64,000 bases of DNA from an uncultured bacterium (GTDB lineage Bacteria > Cyanobacteriota > Vampirovibrionia > Gastranaerophilales > JAILCC01). The notes under the pieces are model-generated. The model saw only the letters and a list, made by a program, of their open reading frames with translations. It was not told where the DNA came from and ran no database searches. Shown here piece after piece: positions 8,571 through 18,202 of this stretch (position 1 is the stretch's first letter; the number at the start of each line of letters is the position of its first letter). The position numbers and the translations under genes were made by a program. The stretch lies in assembly GCA_949283935.1 (NCBI GenBank), contig CASDUJ010000003.1:30920-94919 (forward strand), read 5' to 3'.

Positions 8571-9798
8571 ATAATTTCGCTCCTTTCGGGACCACAGTAA
8601 CACCATTTGGCGATACGTAAAATCCTCTTTTTATATCCTCTTCTTTATTAATTCCTATTTTAGCATAATCGGGAATTTTTACAACTTTATCAATAATAGC
8701 CCTTTTTATAATTGCATTTCGACCGATTTGTACATCTTCCATTAAAATCGAATCTGATACTTGAGAAAAACTATTTACCCTTACATTAGGAGATAAAACA
8801 CAACGAGTAATTTTTCCACCACTTATTACACATCCTTCTGAAACAAGCGAATTTATTGCCATACCTGTTCTGTCTTGTTCTTCTCTAACAAATCTAGCTG
8901 GTGGAAAATTATAATTGTATGTCCTGATAGGCCAATCTTTATTATATAAATTAAATTCAGGATTAACTTCTAATAAATCCATGTTTGCACGCCAATATGC
9001 ATCAACATCTCCCACATCACGCCAATAACCTCTTTCGGTCTCTAACATTCCAGGATGAGTATTTTGGCTAAAATCATAAACACATACTTTGTATTTTTTC
9101 ATAATTTCAGGAATAATATCATTGCCAAAATCATGAGAAGAATTCGTATTTTGAGCATCTTTACGTAAAACTTCTTCTAAAACATCATGGTCAAATATAT
9201 AATTGCCCATAGAAGCAAGAACAAATCCAGATTTGTTAGGTATTTGATTTACGCTTTCACCGCTCGGTTTTTCTTTGAAAGCTGTTAAATTCCAATGTTC
9301 ATCAACTTCCATTATCCCAAATTTATTAGCTTCATTTATAGAAACAGGTATAGCACTAATCGTTAAAGCAGCCCTATTTTTTTTGTGAAACTTCATCATT
9401 TGAGATATATCCATTTTAAAAACATGATCTCCTCCAAAAATACAAACAAATTGAGGATTTTCATCAGTTATTGCATTTAAATTTTGATAAACTGCATCAG
9501 CTGTTCCAGCATACCAGCCTCCACCAGTTCGCATTTGAGCAGGAACTAAATCTACATAATGATTAACTATAGGAGATAATGGCCAGCCGCGTGTAATATG
9601 TTTGTTTAATGAATCAGATTTATATTGAGTCAAAACTTTTATTTTGTAAAATCCAGAATTTATAAAATTATTTAATACAAAATCAATAATTCTATATCTC
9701 CCACCAAATGGAACAGCAGGCTTTGCTCTGTCTTTTGTTAAAGGGAAAAGTCTCTTCCCTTCTCCTCCTGCAAGTATCATTACAAGTGTATCATTCAT
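8563..9798 (-). CDS. glgC: Glucose-1-phosphate adenylyltransferase
   Basis: ILAGGEGKRLFPLTKDRAKPAVPFGGRYRIIDFVLNN N-terminal signature and a C-terminal left-handed beta-helix region. 411 aa. Confidence 0.9.
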   Translation of the reverse strand: MNDTLVMILAGGEGKRLFPLTKDRAKPAVPFGGRYRIIDFVLNNFINSGFYKIKVLTQYKSDSLNKHITRGWPLSPIVNHYVDLVPAQMRTGGGWYAGTADAVYQNLNAITDENPQFVCIFGGDHVFKMDISQMMKFHKKNRAALTISAIPVSINEANKFGIMEVDEHWNLTAFKEKPSGESVNQIPNKSGFVLASMGNYIFDHDVLEEVLRKDAQNTNSSHDFGNDIIPEIMKKYKVCVYDFSQNTHPGMLETERGYWRDVGDVDAYWRANMDLLEVNPEFNLYNKDWPIRTYNYNFPPARFVREEQDRTGMAINSLVSEGCVISGGKITRCVLSPNVRVNSFSQVSDSILMEDVQIGRNAIIKRAIIDKVVKIPDYAKIGINKEEDIKRGFYVSPNGVTVVPKGAKLYV

Positions 9799-9802
9799 AA
9801 AT

Positions 9803-11596
9803 TTAATCCTCTACACTAAGTACTGCCATAAATGCTTCTTGCGGAATTTCAACTTTGCCAACAGATTTCATTCTCTTTTTACCTGCTTTCTGCTTTTCTA
9901 ATAATTTTTTCTTACGAGTAATGTCTCCGCCATAACATTTGTCTAAAACACTTTTTCTTAAAGCTTTTACGTTAGTTCTAGCTATAATTCTACCACCTAT
10001 TGCTGCTTGAATAGCAACTTCAAACATTTGTCTTGGAATTATATCTTTTAATTTTGCGGTTAGCTTTTGCCCCATATAACAAGCATTATCTTGATGAACT
10101 ATACAACTTAATGCATCAACAACTTCCCCAGCAAGTAAAATATCTAACTTAACTAATTTAGATGCTTGGTAATTTAAAAACTCATAATCCATACTTGCAT
10201 AACCTTTTGAACAAGATTTAAGTTTGTCGTAAAAATCAGTAATTACTTCAGATAATGGCATTTCATATTCCAAATTTACCCTTGTTGTGTCAAGATAATG
10301 CATATTTTTGAAATTTCCTCTTTTGTTTTGGCACAAATCCATAAGTGCACCAACATATTCATTTGGAGTAATTATGCTAAGTTTAACAAATGGTTCTTCA
10401 ATTCTTTCTCTGTATTGTACATCAGGAAGATTTGCCGGATTATCAATCATTACAACTTCACCGTTAGTTTTTACTACTTTATAAACTACACTTGGAGCAG
10501 TAATTACCAAAGAAAGATTATATTCTCTCTCTAATCTTTCTTGAGCTATTTCCATATGCAACATCCCTAAAAATCCACATCTAAAACCAAAACCTAAAGC
10601 ATTGGAACTTTCAGGCTCAAATGTTATGCTACTATCATTAAGCTTTAATCTCTCTAAAGCTTCCTTCAAATCATGATATTGATCATTATCTACAGGAAAC
10701 ATTCCAGAAAATACCATGGGAACAGCTTTTTTATAACCAGGTAAAGGTTCACTTGCAGAATTATCCGCAAGAGTAATTGTATCACCAACTAATTGAGTAA
10801 CTTCTTTAATTGAGGCAGCACAATATCCTACCTCTCCAGTTTTTATAATTTTAGATGGAGTTCTTACCGGCTTCATATAGCCTAATTCAACTATTTCATA
10901 TGTTTTGCCTGATGACATAAATTTAATTTTGTCATTGGAATGTAATTCTCCATCAACAACTTTGAAAAAATTCATCGTTCCCAAATATGGATCATATGCA
11001 CTATCAAATACAAGTGCTCTTAAAGGTTTATTACTTGTATCTTTTGGAGAAGGAATTTTGTGCACAATTGCTTCTAAAACTTCTTCTACTCCTACGCCAG
11101 ATTTTGCGCTTACTAAAATCGCTTCTGAGGCATCAATTCCTATAATATTTTCAATCTCTTGTTTAACCCTTTCTATATCAGCACTTGGTAAGTCAATTTT
11201 ATTTATTACAGGTATTATTTCAAGATTTTGATCTATTGCCATATATACATTAGCCAAAGTTTGGGCTTCTACTCCTTGAGATGCGTCAACAACCAGCAAA
11301 GCCCCCTCACAAGCTGCTAAACTTCTTGAAACTTCGTAAGAAAAATCTACATGTCCAGGAGTATCTATAAGATTTAAAATATAATTTTTTCCATCTTTCG
11401 CACAATAGTTCATTCTCGCAGCTTGTAATTTAATTGTAATACCTCTTTCTCTTTCAATATCCATATTGTCTAAAAGCTGATCTTTCATTTCACGACTTGA
11501 AACAGTAGCTGTTTTTTCAAGTAATCTGTCAGCTAAAGTAGATTTTCCATGGTCAATATGCGCAATTATGCAAAAATTTCTTATGTTGTTTATCAT
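9803..11596 (-). CDS. lepA: Elongation factor 4 (translational GTPase LepA)
   Basis: [35 protein letters not shown], and a LepA C-terminal domain. 597 aa. Confidence 0.95.
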   Translation of the reverse strand: MINNIRNFCIIAHIDHGKSTLADRLLEKTATVSSREMKDQLLDNMDIERERGITIKLQAARMNYCAKDGKNYILNLIDTPGHVDFSYEVSRSLAACEGALLVVDASQGVEAQTLANVYMAIDQNLEIIPVINKIDLPSADIERVKQEIENIIGIDASEAILVSAKSGVGVEEVLEAIVHKIPSPKDTSNKPLRALVFDSAYDPYLGTMNFFKVVDGELHSNDKIKFMSSGKTYEIVELGYMKPVRTPSKIIKTGEVGYCAASIKEVTQLVGDTITLADNSASEPLPGYKKAVPMVFSGMFPVDNDQYHDLKEALERLKLNDSSITFEPESSNALGFGFRCGFLGMLHMEIAQERLEREYNLSLVITAPSVVYKVVKTNGEVVMIDNPANLPDVQYRERIEEPFVKLSIITPNEYVGALMDLCQNKRGNFKNMHYLDTTRVNLEYEMPLSEVITDFYDKLKSCSKGYASMDYEFLNYQASKLVKLDILLAGEVVDALSCIVHQDNACYMGQKLTAKLKDIIPRQMFEVAIQAAIGGRIIARTNVKALRKSVLDKCYGGDITRKKKLLEKQKAGKKRMKSVGKVEIPQEAFMAVLSVED

Positions 11597-11664
11597 ATTT
11601 TAATTTTATTATAAATATATTTTTTAGAAAAGGAATTCTATTGCAAATAGTGAATTTAGGTGAT

Positions 11665-11964
11665 TTATTCTTCTTGCAAAGCAGGTCTTATTAATACTAT
11701 AGAATCTAAATTTAATTGAATAAAATCATGCGCTTCTATTACCCTGTTTGAGGTTTTTCTGTGTTTTAATTTACAATTTTTTATTGCAACAAATCTTTTG
11801 TTACTATTTAAAATATCTGTAAGAATTCGATTTCTTCTGCCTGTTTTGGGCATAAAAACATAACCTTTAATTTCGTAATCTTCTGTGATTACTAAAACTC
11901 TTTCGGACCAAACACCTGTTATAAATGCACTTTTTCTTTCGATTATGTTTTCTTTTTCGTCCAT
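11665..11964 (-). CDS. Hypothetical 99-aa protein, last gene of the pilus operon (possible Sm-like beta protein)
   Basis: Starts 17 nt after the pilC stop, same strand. Strand-like segments VLVITEDYEIKGYVFMP and FIQLNLDSIVLIRP. No family recognised with confidence. Confidence 0.5.
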   Translation of the reverse strand: MDEKENIIERKSAFITGVWSERVLVITEDYEIKGYVFMPKTGRRNRILTDILNSNKRFVAIKNCKLKHRKTSNRVIEAHDFIQLNLDSIVLIRPALQEE

Positions 11965-11980
11965 ATTAGGCTCCCATTAG

Positions 11981-13225
11981 TTAATTTCCTATATTTGAAT
12001 AAGACTGGAACAAAGGCAAATACAATGCTAATGCCATAACTAAAACTACTCCTCCAATAAAAACAAGCATTAGAGGTTCAATAAATTTAGTCATCATGTC
12101 AATAACTCTGTCTAATTGATTATCAATATATTCACTTGCTTTAGCTAACATTTCACCTAATTTACCAGATTGTTCTCCCGTAGAAACCATAAACAACAAA
12201 ATAGGAGGCATTACTCCTGCACTTTTTAAAGAAGATGAAAGATGTAAACCTTGTTGTACTTTGATTCTAGAACCATCTATAGCTTCTTTTAATACAGTAT
12301 TACCAACTGTATAATTAGCCAAATACAAACAATCTACAATAGGGACACCAGCTTCATAAGAAACTAACATTACAGAAATAAAATTAGAAAATTCTGCAAG
12401 TTTGACAAAATCTCTTATAAGAGGAATACTCAATAAAAATTTATCTAATGCTCTTTTAAAAGGATCCCAGTGAAACAATAATATTATCCCCCAATAAATG
12501 GCCCCTCCAATTATTGGAAGTAACATCCAAAATTCTGCCATAAATTTTCCTGCATCTATACACATTTGAGTAATCCAAGGTAATTCAGCTCCCATACCTT
12601 CATACATTTCAGCAAATTTAGGAAAAACAAAAGTTAGCATAACAAGAACTATAATGGCTGCAAAAACTAAAATTATACAAGGATAAGCCAATACACCTAT
12701 TATTTTGCTTTTTAAATCATCTTGTTTTTTCAATAAACCTGACATACGCTCTAAAGTAACATCAAGTTCCCCAGATTCTTCGCCAGCTCTAACTAAACCT
12801 GTATATAAACTATCAAAAATTTGCGGATATTTGCTTATTACATCTGCAAAACTACTCCCCGCAATAATCTGACGCCTTAATTCCGCAGAAATAGACTTCA
12901 TTCTAGAACTATTCGTATCTGTTTCTAAAAATACCAAAGCTTCTATCAATGGAACTCCAGCTTTTAGAAGTGTTTGCAAAGTTGCTGTAAAATCTATTTT
13001 TTCTCTGCCTGACAATTTTCCTAAACGTACTTGGCGTCTTTCTTCAGCTTGTTTTTTTCTAACAGCTGTTTGTGTGTAAGCAGAATCGTCAGGATTTACA
13101 ATACGCGTAGGTAAAAGATTAAGCTGCATTATTGCACTTCTTGCTTCTTTTTCATTTTCTGCTTCAATTTTTCCTTCGACTTTTGTTCCATCTTTTTTTA
13201 TTGCGAAGTATTTATAAGTTTTCAT
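11981..13225 (-). CDS. pilC: Type IV pilus / T2SS platform protein (GspF/PilC family)
   Basis: Two GspF-type repeats (LLKAGVPLIEAL...; SYEAGVPIVDCL...) and three TM segments. 414 aa. Confidence 0.85.
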   Translation of the reverse strand: MKTYKYFAIKKDGTKVEGKIEAENEKEARSAIMQLNLLPTRIVNPDDSAYTQTAVRKKQAEERRQVRLGKLSGREKIDFTATLQTLLKAGVPLIEALVFLETDTNSSRMKSISAELRRQIIAGSSFADVISKYPQIFDSLYTGLVRAGEESGELDVTLERMSGLLKKQDDLKSKIIGVLAYPCIILVFAAIIVLVMLTFVFPKFAEMYEGMGAELPWITQMCIDAGKFMAEFWMLLPIIGGAIYWGIILLFHWDPFKRALDKFLLSIPLIRDFVKLAEFSNFISVMLVSYEAGVPIVDCLYLANYTVGNTVLKEAIDGSRIKVQQGLHLSSSLKSAGVMPPILLFMVSTGEQSGKLGEMLAKASEYIDNQLDRVIDMMTKFIEPLMLVFIGGVVLVMALALYLPLFQSYSNIGN

Positions 13226-13235
13226 TTAATTTTCC

Positions 13236-15269
13236 TTAATCAGTAACCACGCCAAGTACCCTTACAAATTCACTTATAGGGGTTTCGCCATTAATTATGT
13301 GTTCCAAACAATATTGTTGTAATGTTTTCATTCCACAGCTTATTGCTACTTCTTCTATGTCTACATCAGAAGCAGATTGAGCTATCATTTTTCTTATTTC
13401 TTTGTTTATTGGCATTAATTCAAACAAACCAAGTCTGCCCAAAAATCCTGTGTATTGACATTGAGCACAACCTGTCGGCTTGTATAATTCTTTTTTCTGA
13501 AATTCTTTTATGTCATCTGGATTTAAAAGAATATGTCTTAATTCTTCTTCAGATGCATAATATTTTTCTTTACAATAAGGACATAATCTTCTTACAAGTC
13601 TTTGCGCTATAACACCAGACAAAGAAGATGCTATCAAATAATTAGGTGCACCCATTTGCATTAAACGAGATACAGTTGCTGCAGCACTGTTAGTGTGAAC
13701 TGTACTTAATACAAGGTGACCTGTTAAAGCTGCTGCAATTGCAGCTTCTAAAGTTTCAAAATCTCGAATTTCACCTACCAAAATAATATCTGGGTCTTGT
13801 CTTAGTATAGCTCTTAAACAAGATGCAAAAGTTATATCCGCTTTTGGATTAACTTGTATTTGATTAATTCCTTCAAGTCTAATTTCCACAGGATCTTCAA
13901 TTGTAGTAATATTTACATCTTCATTGTTTAAACTGTTCAAAATAGAATACAATGTTGTAGTTTTACCACTTCCTGTTGGACCTGCTGCAAGAATAATTCC
14001 ATAAGGAATTTTTATCATCCATTCAAGTTTCTTTACATCTTCTTCGTATGCCCCTACTAAAGATATAGCTTTATTTTCACCTGTCATACTTACACTAGGT
14101 TGTAAAATTCTTATAACCATTTTTTCTTTAGAACCAATAGGTATTGTGTTAATACGACAATCAAAAGTTTTTGTTTTATGTTTTATTGAAAATGCTCCGT
14201 CTTGAGCCCTTCTATGTTCGGCTATGTTCATTTTTGCCAAAACTTTAAATCTGGAAATAATACTAGATTCAATATTTGTAGGAATCTCTACAACTTTTCT
14301 TAAAATACCATCTATTCTGTATCTTACGATATAATTATTAAATCTTGGCTCAATATGTATATCACTTGCTTTAATATCAATTGCATCAGTAACAATTTGA
14401 TTTGTAAATTTAGAAATAGAACTTTCATCGTTCTTTATGTCTCTTTCTACTCTTTCCGCCAAAGTTTCTTCTTGCATAATTTCATGTTCAGAAGAAATAT
14501 GCTCAAAAAGTTTTGCCTTTCTGTCAGCTTCTTTCAAAAAAGCATTAACTGAACGATCATATTCGTAATAAGTAAGTAACCTAGGATCTGGCTTTAAACC
14601 AGTTAAAAATACTATATCATTTAGTACTTTTTTATCCGTAGGATTAACCATCCCTACAACAACTGAACGTCCATCTGAACTTATTGGAACAAGTTTGTTT
14701 TCTTCCAAAAATTCTCGGGGAAACAACTTAAATAATGTATCAGAAAATTTAAGTTGTTTTTCACTAACAGCATCAACTCCTTGTTGTTCAGAAAGGGCTT
14801 CTTTTAGTTGCTCAACCGTAAGTAAATTCATCCTTACCAAAGTAGATCCGATAGGTTCTTTTTTAGCCTGACTTTGCACAAAAGCTTTTTCTAAGCTTTC
14901 TTCAGTTACATATCCTTTTTCTAAAAGGATATCTCCTATTCTTTTTCTTTTAGATGTAGTTTGATTTGTTGCTACATCTTTAGTTGTAGCTTTTACAGCA
15001 TTTGAAGATTCAGATTCTGAAAGTGTTTTAGTAGCAAAAGCAAATGCAAAAAGTTCCTTAAATTGCTCTTGGGGCAGTGGTATATATTTTATTTGCGATT
15101 GGAATTTTTCTTTTATTTTTGTATCTATGTCAATATTATGAGTTATACAAGCTACAAAAAGTACCCCATTTTGCTCATTCACAGGTAAAAATCTGAATTT
15201 TTCTAAATCAGCTTTTTCGAATTTTTTTAAAATTTCTTTGTTTAAAACTTTTTTAAGCTTTTCTAGCAC
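13236..15269 (-). CDS. pilB: Type IV pilus assembly ATPase (GspE/PilB family) with N-terminal T2SSE_N/MshEN-type domain
   Basis: Walker A GPTGSGKTTT, Asp box, Walker B ILVGEIRD, His box, tetracysteine CPYC...CAQC. N-terminal tandem 24-aa motifs at aa 110-162. Confidence 0.9.
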   Translation of the reverse strand: MLEKLKKVLNKEILKKFEKADLEKFRFLPVNEQNGVLFVACITHNIDIDTKIKEKFQSQIKYIPLPQEQFKELFAFAFATKTLSESESSNAVKATTKDVATNQTTSKRKRIGDILLEKGYVTEESLEKAFVQSQAKKEPIGSTLVRMNLLTVEQLKEALSEQQGVDAVSEKQLKFSDTLFKLFPREFLEENKLVPISSDGRSVVVGMVNPTDKKVLNDIVFLTGLKPDPRLLTYYEYDRSVNAFLKEADRKAKLFEHISSEHEIMQEETLAERVERDIKNDESSISKFTNQIVTDAIDIKASDIHIEPRFNNYIVRYRIDGILRKVVEIPTNIESSIISRFKVLAKMNIAEHRRAQDGAFSIKHKTKTFDCRINTIPIGSKEKMVIRILQPSVSMTGENKAISLVGAYEEDVKKLEWMIKIPYGIILAAGPTGSGKTTTLYSILNSLNNEDVNITTIEDPVEIRLEGINQIQVNPKADITFASCLRAILRQDPDIILVGEIRDFETLEAAIAAALTGHLVLSTVHTNSAAATVSRLMQMGAPNYLIASSLSGVIAQRLVRRLCPYCKEKYYASEEELRHILLNPDDIKEFQKKELYKPTGCAQCQYTGFLGRLGLFELMPINKEIRKMIAQSASDVDIEEVAISCGMKTLQQYCLEHIINGETPISEFVRVLGVVTD

Positions 15270-15278
15270 TTTTTATTC

Positions 15279-17042
15279 CTACATTCTTTCAATAATAACT
15301 TCGTCATCATTAATTATTTTAGGTGTAACAATAATTATAAGTTCATTTTTACTAGATGTTCTTGAAGAACTTCTAAAAGCGACACCTATAATGGGTAAAT
15401 CTCCAAGGAATGGAACTTTATTCGAAGATTTTTGCTCAGTTTCTGCTATCAAACCACCTATTATCAAAGTTTCATTATCTTTCAATCTTATGCCTTTAAG
15501 ATCTAATTCTCGTTCTGCAATAAGAGTAATAACTTTCTTTTCATCAGATGAATCTACTTGGAATTGTCCATTGGGAGTAGAATAAGATGGATTCAAATCC
15601 AAATAAATATATCCATCAGGTGTTATGGTTGGTTTTATCGTCATTTTAATACCATATGTATCAGTTTCTACAGTTTGTGTAGTTACGCTTTGCAAAGAAG
15701 CTGTGGATTGTTGCGTTGTAATATTACTTATGTATTCTTGAGTTATATCTAATGTTGATTCAACATTATTTTTTACCAAAACTTTTGGATTAGACAAAAC
15801 TCGACCTTTACCTTGATTTATTGCTACAGCAATTCTGTTTGTAATTTGTAATCCATCAGGATTAACAGGCAAAGCAGAAGATAATGTAGCACCACCTCCA
15901 GAGGCAGAAGAATTACTACTTTGCTGTTGATCACGCATATTAGCATTAAAATCAATTGATAAAGCTCCACCTTCAAAACCTAATTGAAAAGAACCTGCTG
16001 TTACTGTCCAATTTGGAGTAATTTCTCTTGATCCAGTAGCATTTAATTCTAGCACAGCTATTTCAAGTATCGCTTGTCTTTGCTTCACATCATTTTGAGC
16101 AATAACTTCATCCACCAATTCTAGTTGTTCTTTTGTAGCACCGGAAATTCCAATTGTTCCTAAATCTGGATAATATGTAACAACAAGTCCGTTGCTTTTA
16201 AATGAAGAAAAAGTACCTTCAACTTCAGAACCTTCTATGTCTTTTGAAGAACAAGCGATTTTGGCTCCACCTTTACCTTCACTGTCAGAATCTTCATCTT
16301 TAATTTCATTACTTTTGAAAACTTTATGGCAAACTATTCCAGCCATTTTTCCAGGAGCTAAATGGTTAACTTTAAACATTACAGTTTCAGATTTTTTGTC
16401 AAATTGCTCAATTATTTTTTTGGCAATTTCAAAATCTTTTTCGGTTCCAACAATCATTATTTGATTTGTATTTGGGTTAGACATAGCAATTTCATCATTA
16501 CTTAATCCAGGATTTTTCAGTTTATATATATTTTTATTCAAAAATTCAGCAATTCTTCCAGCATTTTCATATTTAACATCAAAAGTTCTAATTTGTTGCT
16601 GCGCAAAAGCCAAATCTTTAGAAGCTGATTTCGAAGCTACTATAAGCGTATTTCCATCTACCCAATAAGCCAAATCATTTAATACCATTACATATTCAAA
16701 AGCTTTGTTTAAAGTAACATTAACTAAATCCAAAGTTACAGTTCCAGATACCGAATCATGCAAAATTATATTCATTCCAGCTTTATCAGCGAGCATTCTC
16801 AAAACTTGTCTCGCATCAGATTCTCTAAGACTCATTGTTAAAAGTTTAGGACTTTTGGTTATACTTACTCCACCTTCTAGTAAAGGCATTGAAAAATCAT
16901 CTGATTTTTTTAAATTTTGAATGGCAGGGGTATTACTTGCATATTGTTTTCCATCTATGGCAAAACAAGCCCCAGCAGCTATTAAAGCAGTTAATAAGCA
17001 GCCTATTGCAAGTTTTGGTAAATTTTTGTAGCTAATCAGCAT
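15279..17042 (-). CDS. pilQ: Secretin (PilQ/GspD family)
   Basis: N-terminal signal/TM. STN/secretin-N-like region (ARQVLRMLADKAGMNIIL). C-terminal secretin motif VPFLGDLPIIGVAFRSS...ELIIIVTPKII. Confidence 0.85.
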   Translation of the reverse strand: MLISYKNLPKLAIGCLLTALIAAGACFAIDGKQYASNTPAIQNLKKSDDFSMPLLEGGVSITKSPKLLTMSLRESDARQVLRMLADKAGMNIILHDSVSGTVTLDLVNVTLNKAFEYVMVLNDLAYWVDGNTLIVASKSASKDLAFAQQQIRTFDVKYENAGRIAEFLNKNIYKLKNPGLSNDEIAMSNPNTNQIMIVGTEKDFEIAKKIIEQFDKKSETVMFKVNHLAPGKMAGIVCHKVFKSNEIKDEDSDSEGKGGAKIACSSKDIEGSEVEGTFSSFKSNGLVVTYYPDLGTIGISGATKEQLELVDEVIAQNDVKQRQAILEIAVLELNATGSREITPNWTVTAGSFQLGFEGGALSIDFNANMRDQQQSSNSSASGGGATLSSALPVNPDGLQITNRIAVAINQGKGRVLSNPKVLVKNNVESTLDITQEYISNITTQQSTASLQSVTTQTVETDTYGIKMTIKPTITPDGYIYLDLNPSYSTPNGQFQVDSSDEKKVITLIAERELDLKGIRLKDNETLIIGGLIAETEQKSSNKVPFLGDLPIIGVAFRSSSRTSSKNELIIIVTPKIINDDEVIIERM

Positions 17043-17060
17043 ATCTATGACTCCTTGGGA

Positions 17061-17888
17061 TTAATTTGTGTCTTGCGTAGTTGTATCAGTTGGACCTATA
17101 GGCAGTGGAATTTCTCCAGCCTGAGTTTTAAGCTTTATTTCCGGAATTGGAACCGGAGGCAAAGACAAATCTTTCAAACTTTCTTGAGAATTATTTCCCA
17201 TATTTTTGTCTTTTTTCTTAGAAGTTTTAACTATCAATATATCTTCATCTTTTGCAGGATTATTAACACCTGCAAATCTATGCCCTAAATTATAAACACC
17301 AGTTCCAAATAATTCACCATCTACAATATCACCTACTTTTGCCCTATAAACATTGGTACCAGTTTTTATTGCAACATAATCTTTACTGATGTTAGCAATT
17401 TCAAAAGATTCAACTTTATCCCCCGGCTTAACCAAATAATCATCATCAAGCACATTAATAATGGCTGAAGGACTTGTTTCATCATACAAAATTCCGGTAA
17501 CTTTTGCGGTAATAAGATTAGACAAAGTTTCGTCCATCTCGCCACTCATAGGGGGTAAGGGCAAATCCCCAAAATTCAAAGAAGAATAGGTTAAATTTCT
17601 TTCTCTATATGGCACAAAAGGCGAAGTCCTTCCTCCTGAATCTATATCCAAGACGGCACTATTTCCGCTTAAATCAATAAGTTCATCTTCTTCATTTTGT
17701 TGTTCTTTTGCAGGAACCTTTAAATTTTCTTTTTCCAATTCAATATTTGCAGGTAAGTTTTCATCTGCCAAATCCATGTTTTTATCATTCACAATATTTT
17801 CTAAGACAGGAACATTACATCCTGTAGCACAAAATAATATTGGTACGGCAAAAAGCAAATATAAATACTTATGGAAAAATCTCTTCAT
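17061..17888 (-). CDS. Probable lipoprotein, PilP-like C-terminal beta domain
   Basis: Signal peptide ending in a loose lipobox (FCATGC). C-terminus ITAKVTGILYDETSPSAIINVLDDDYLVKPGDKV...IANISKDYVAIK resembles PilP/GspC-type domains. Immediately upstream of pilQ. Confidence 0.45.
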   Translation of the reverse strand: MKRFFHKYLYLLFAVPILFCATGCNVPVLENIVNDKNMDLADENLPANIELEKENLKVPAKEQQNEEDELIDLSGNSAVLDIDSGGRTSPFVPYRERNLTYSSLNFGDLPLPPMSGEMDETLSNLITAKVTGILYDETSPSAIINVLDDDYLVKPGDKVESFEIANISKDYVAIKTGTNVYRAKVGDIVDGELFGTGVYNLGHRFAGVNNPAKDEDILIVKTSKKKDKNMGNNSQESLKDLSLPPVPIPEIKLKTQAGEIPLPIGPTDTTTQDTN

Positions 17889-17984
17889 ACTTTAGAAACA
17901 TCCTGTCTGTACAAGACTTTTTATATAACAAATATTCTACTATATTCTATTGTATCGTATGGTAATATTAAATCATTCAAATAT

Positions 17985-18013
17985 ATTATATTTCCACTAA
18001 TAAAATAGGTCAA
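17985..18013 (-). promoter_or_regulatory. Near-consensus sigma-70-type promoter TTGACC-17-TATAAT for the pilus operon
   Basis: Minus-strand reading: TTGACC tattttattagtggaaa TATAAT, about 97 nt upstream of the lipoprotein ATG (17888). Confidence 0.5.
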
Positions 18014-18149
18014 ATAATGTAGTAATGTAAAGCAAAAAGGCAAAAACAAACAAAAAAAATTTAAATTAAACTAAATTACAAAAAAATCCCCAACACACAC
18101 AAAATTATTGTTAAAAACTAATAATTATCTAAATTTAAATAAAAAAAAT

Positions 18150-18177
18150 TTGTAAATATTAGAACAAAGTATATAAT
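18150..18177 (+). promoter_or_regulatory. Putative promoter TTGTAA-16-TATAAT for the GH57 gene
   Basis: Read directly, 26 nt upstream of the ATG at 18203. Confidence 0.35.
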
Positions 18178-18202
18178 AGAATTAAATTGTTATGGAAGTA
18201 TA

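Noticed and set aside
11665-11964. PilZ-domain interpretation of the 99-aa ORF after pilC (GRRNRI resembling RxxxR)
   Set aside because: The spacing is RxxR rather than RxxxR, and there is no D/NxSxxG motif downstream. The evidence is insufficient.
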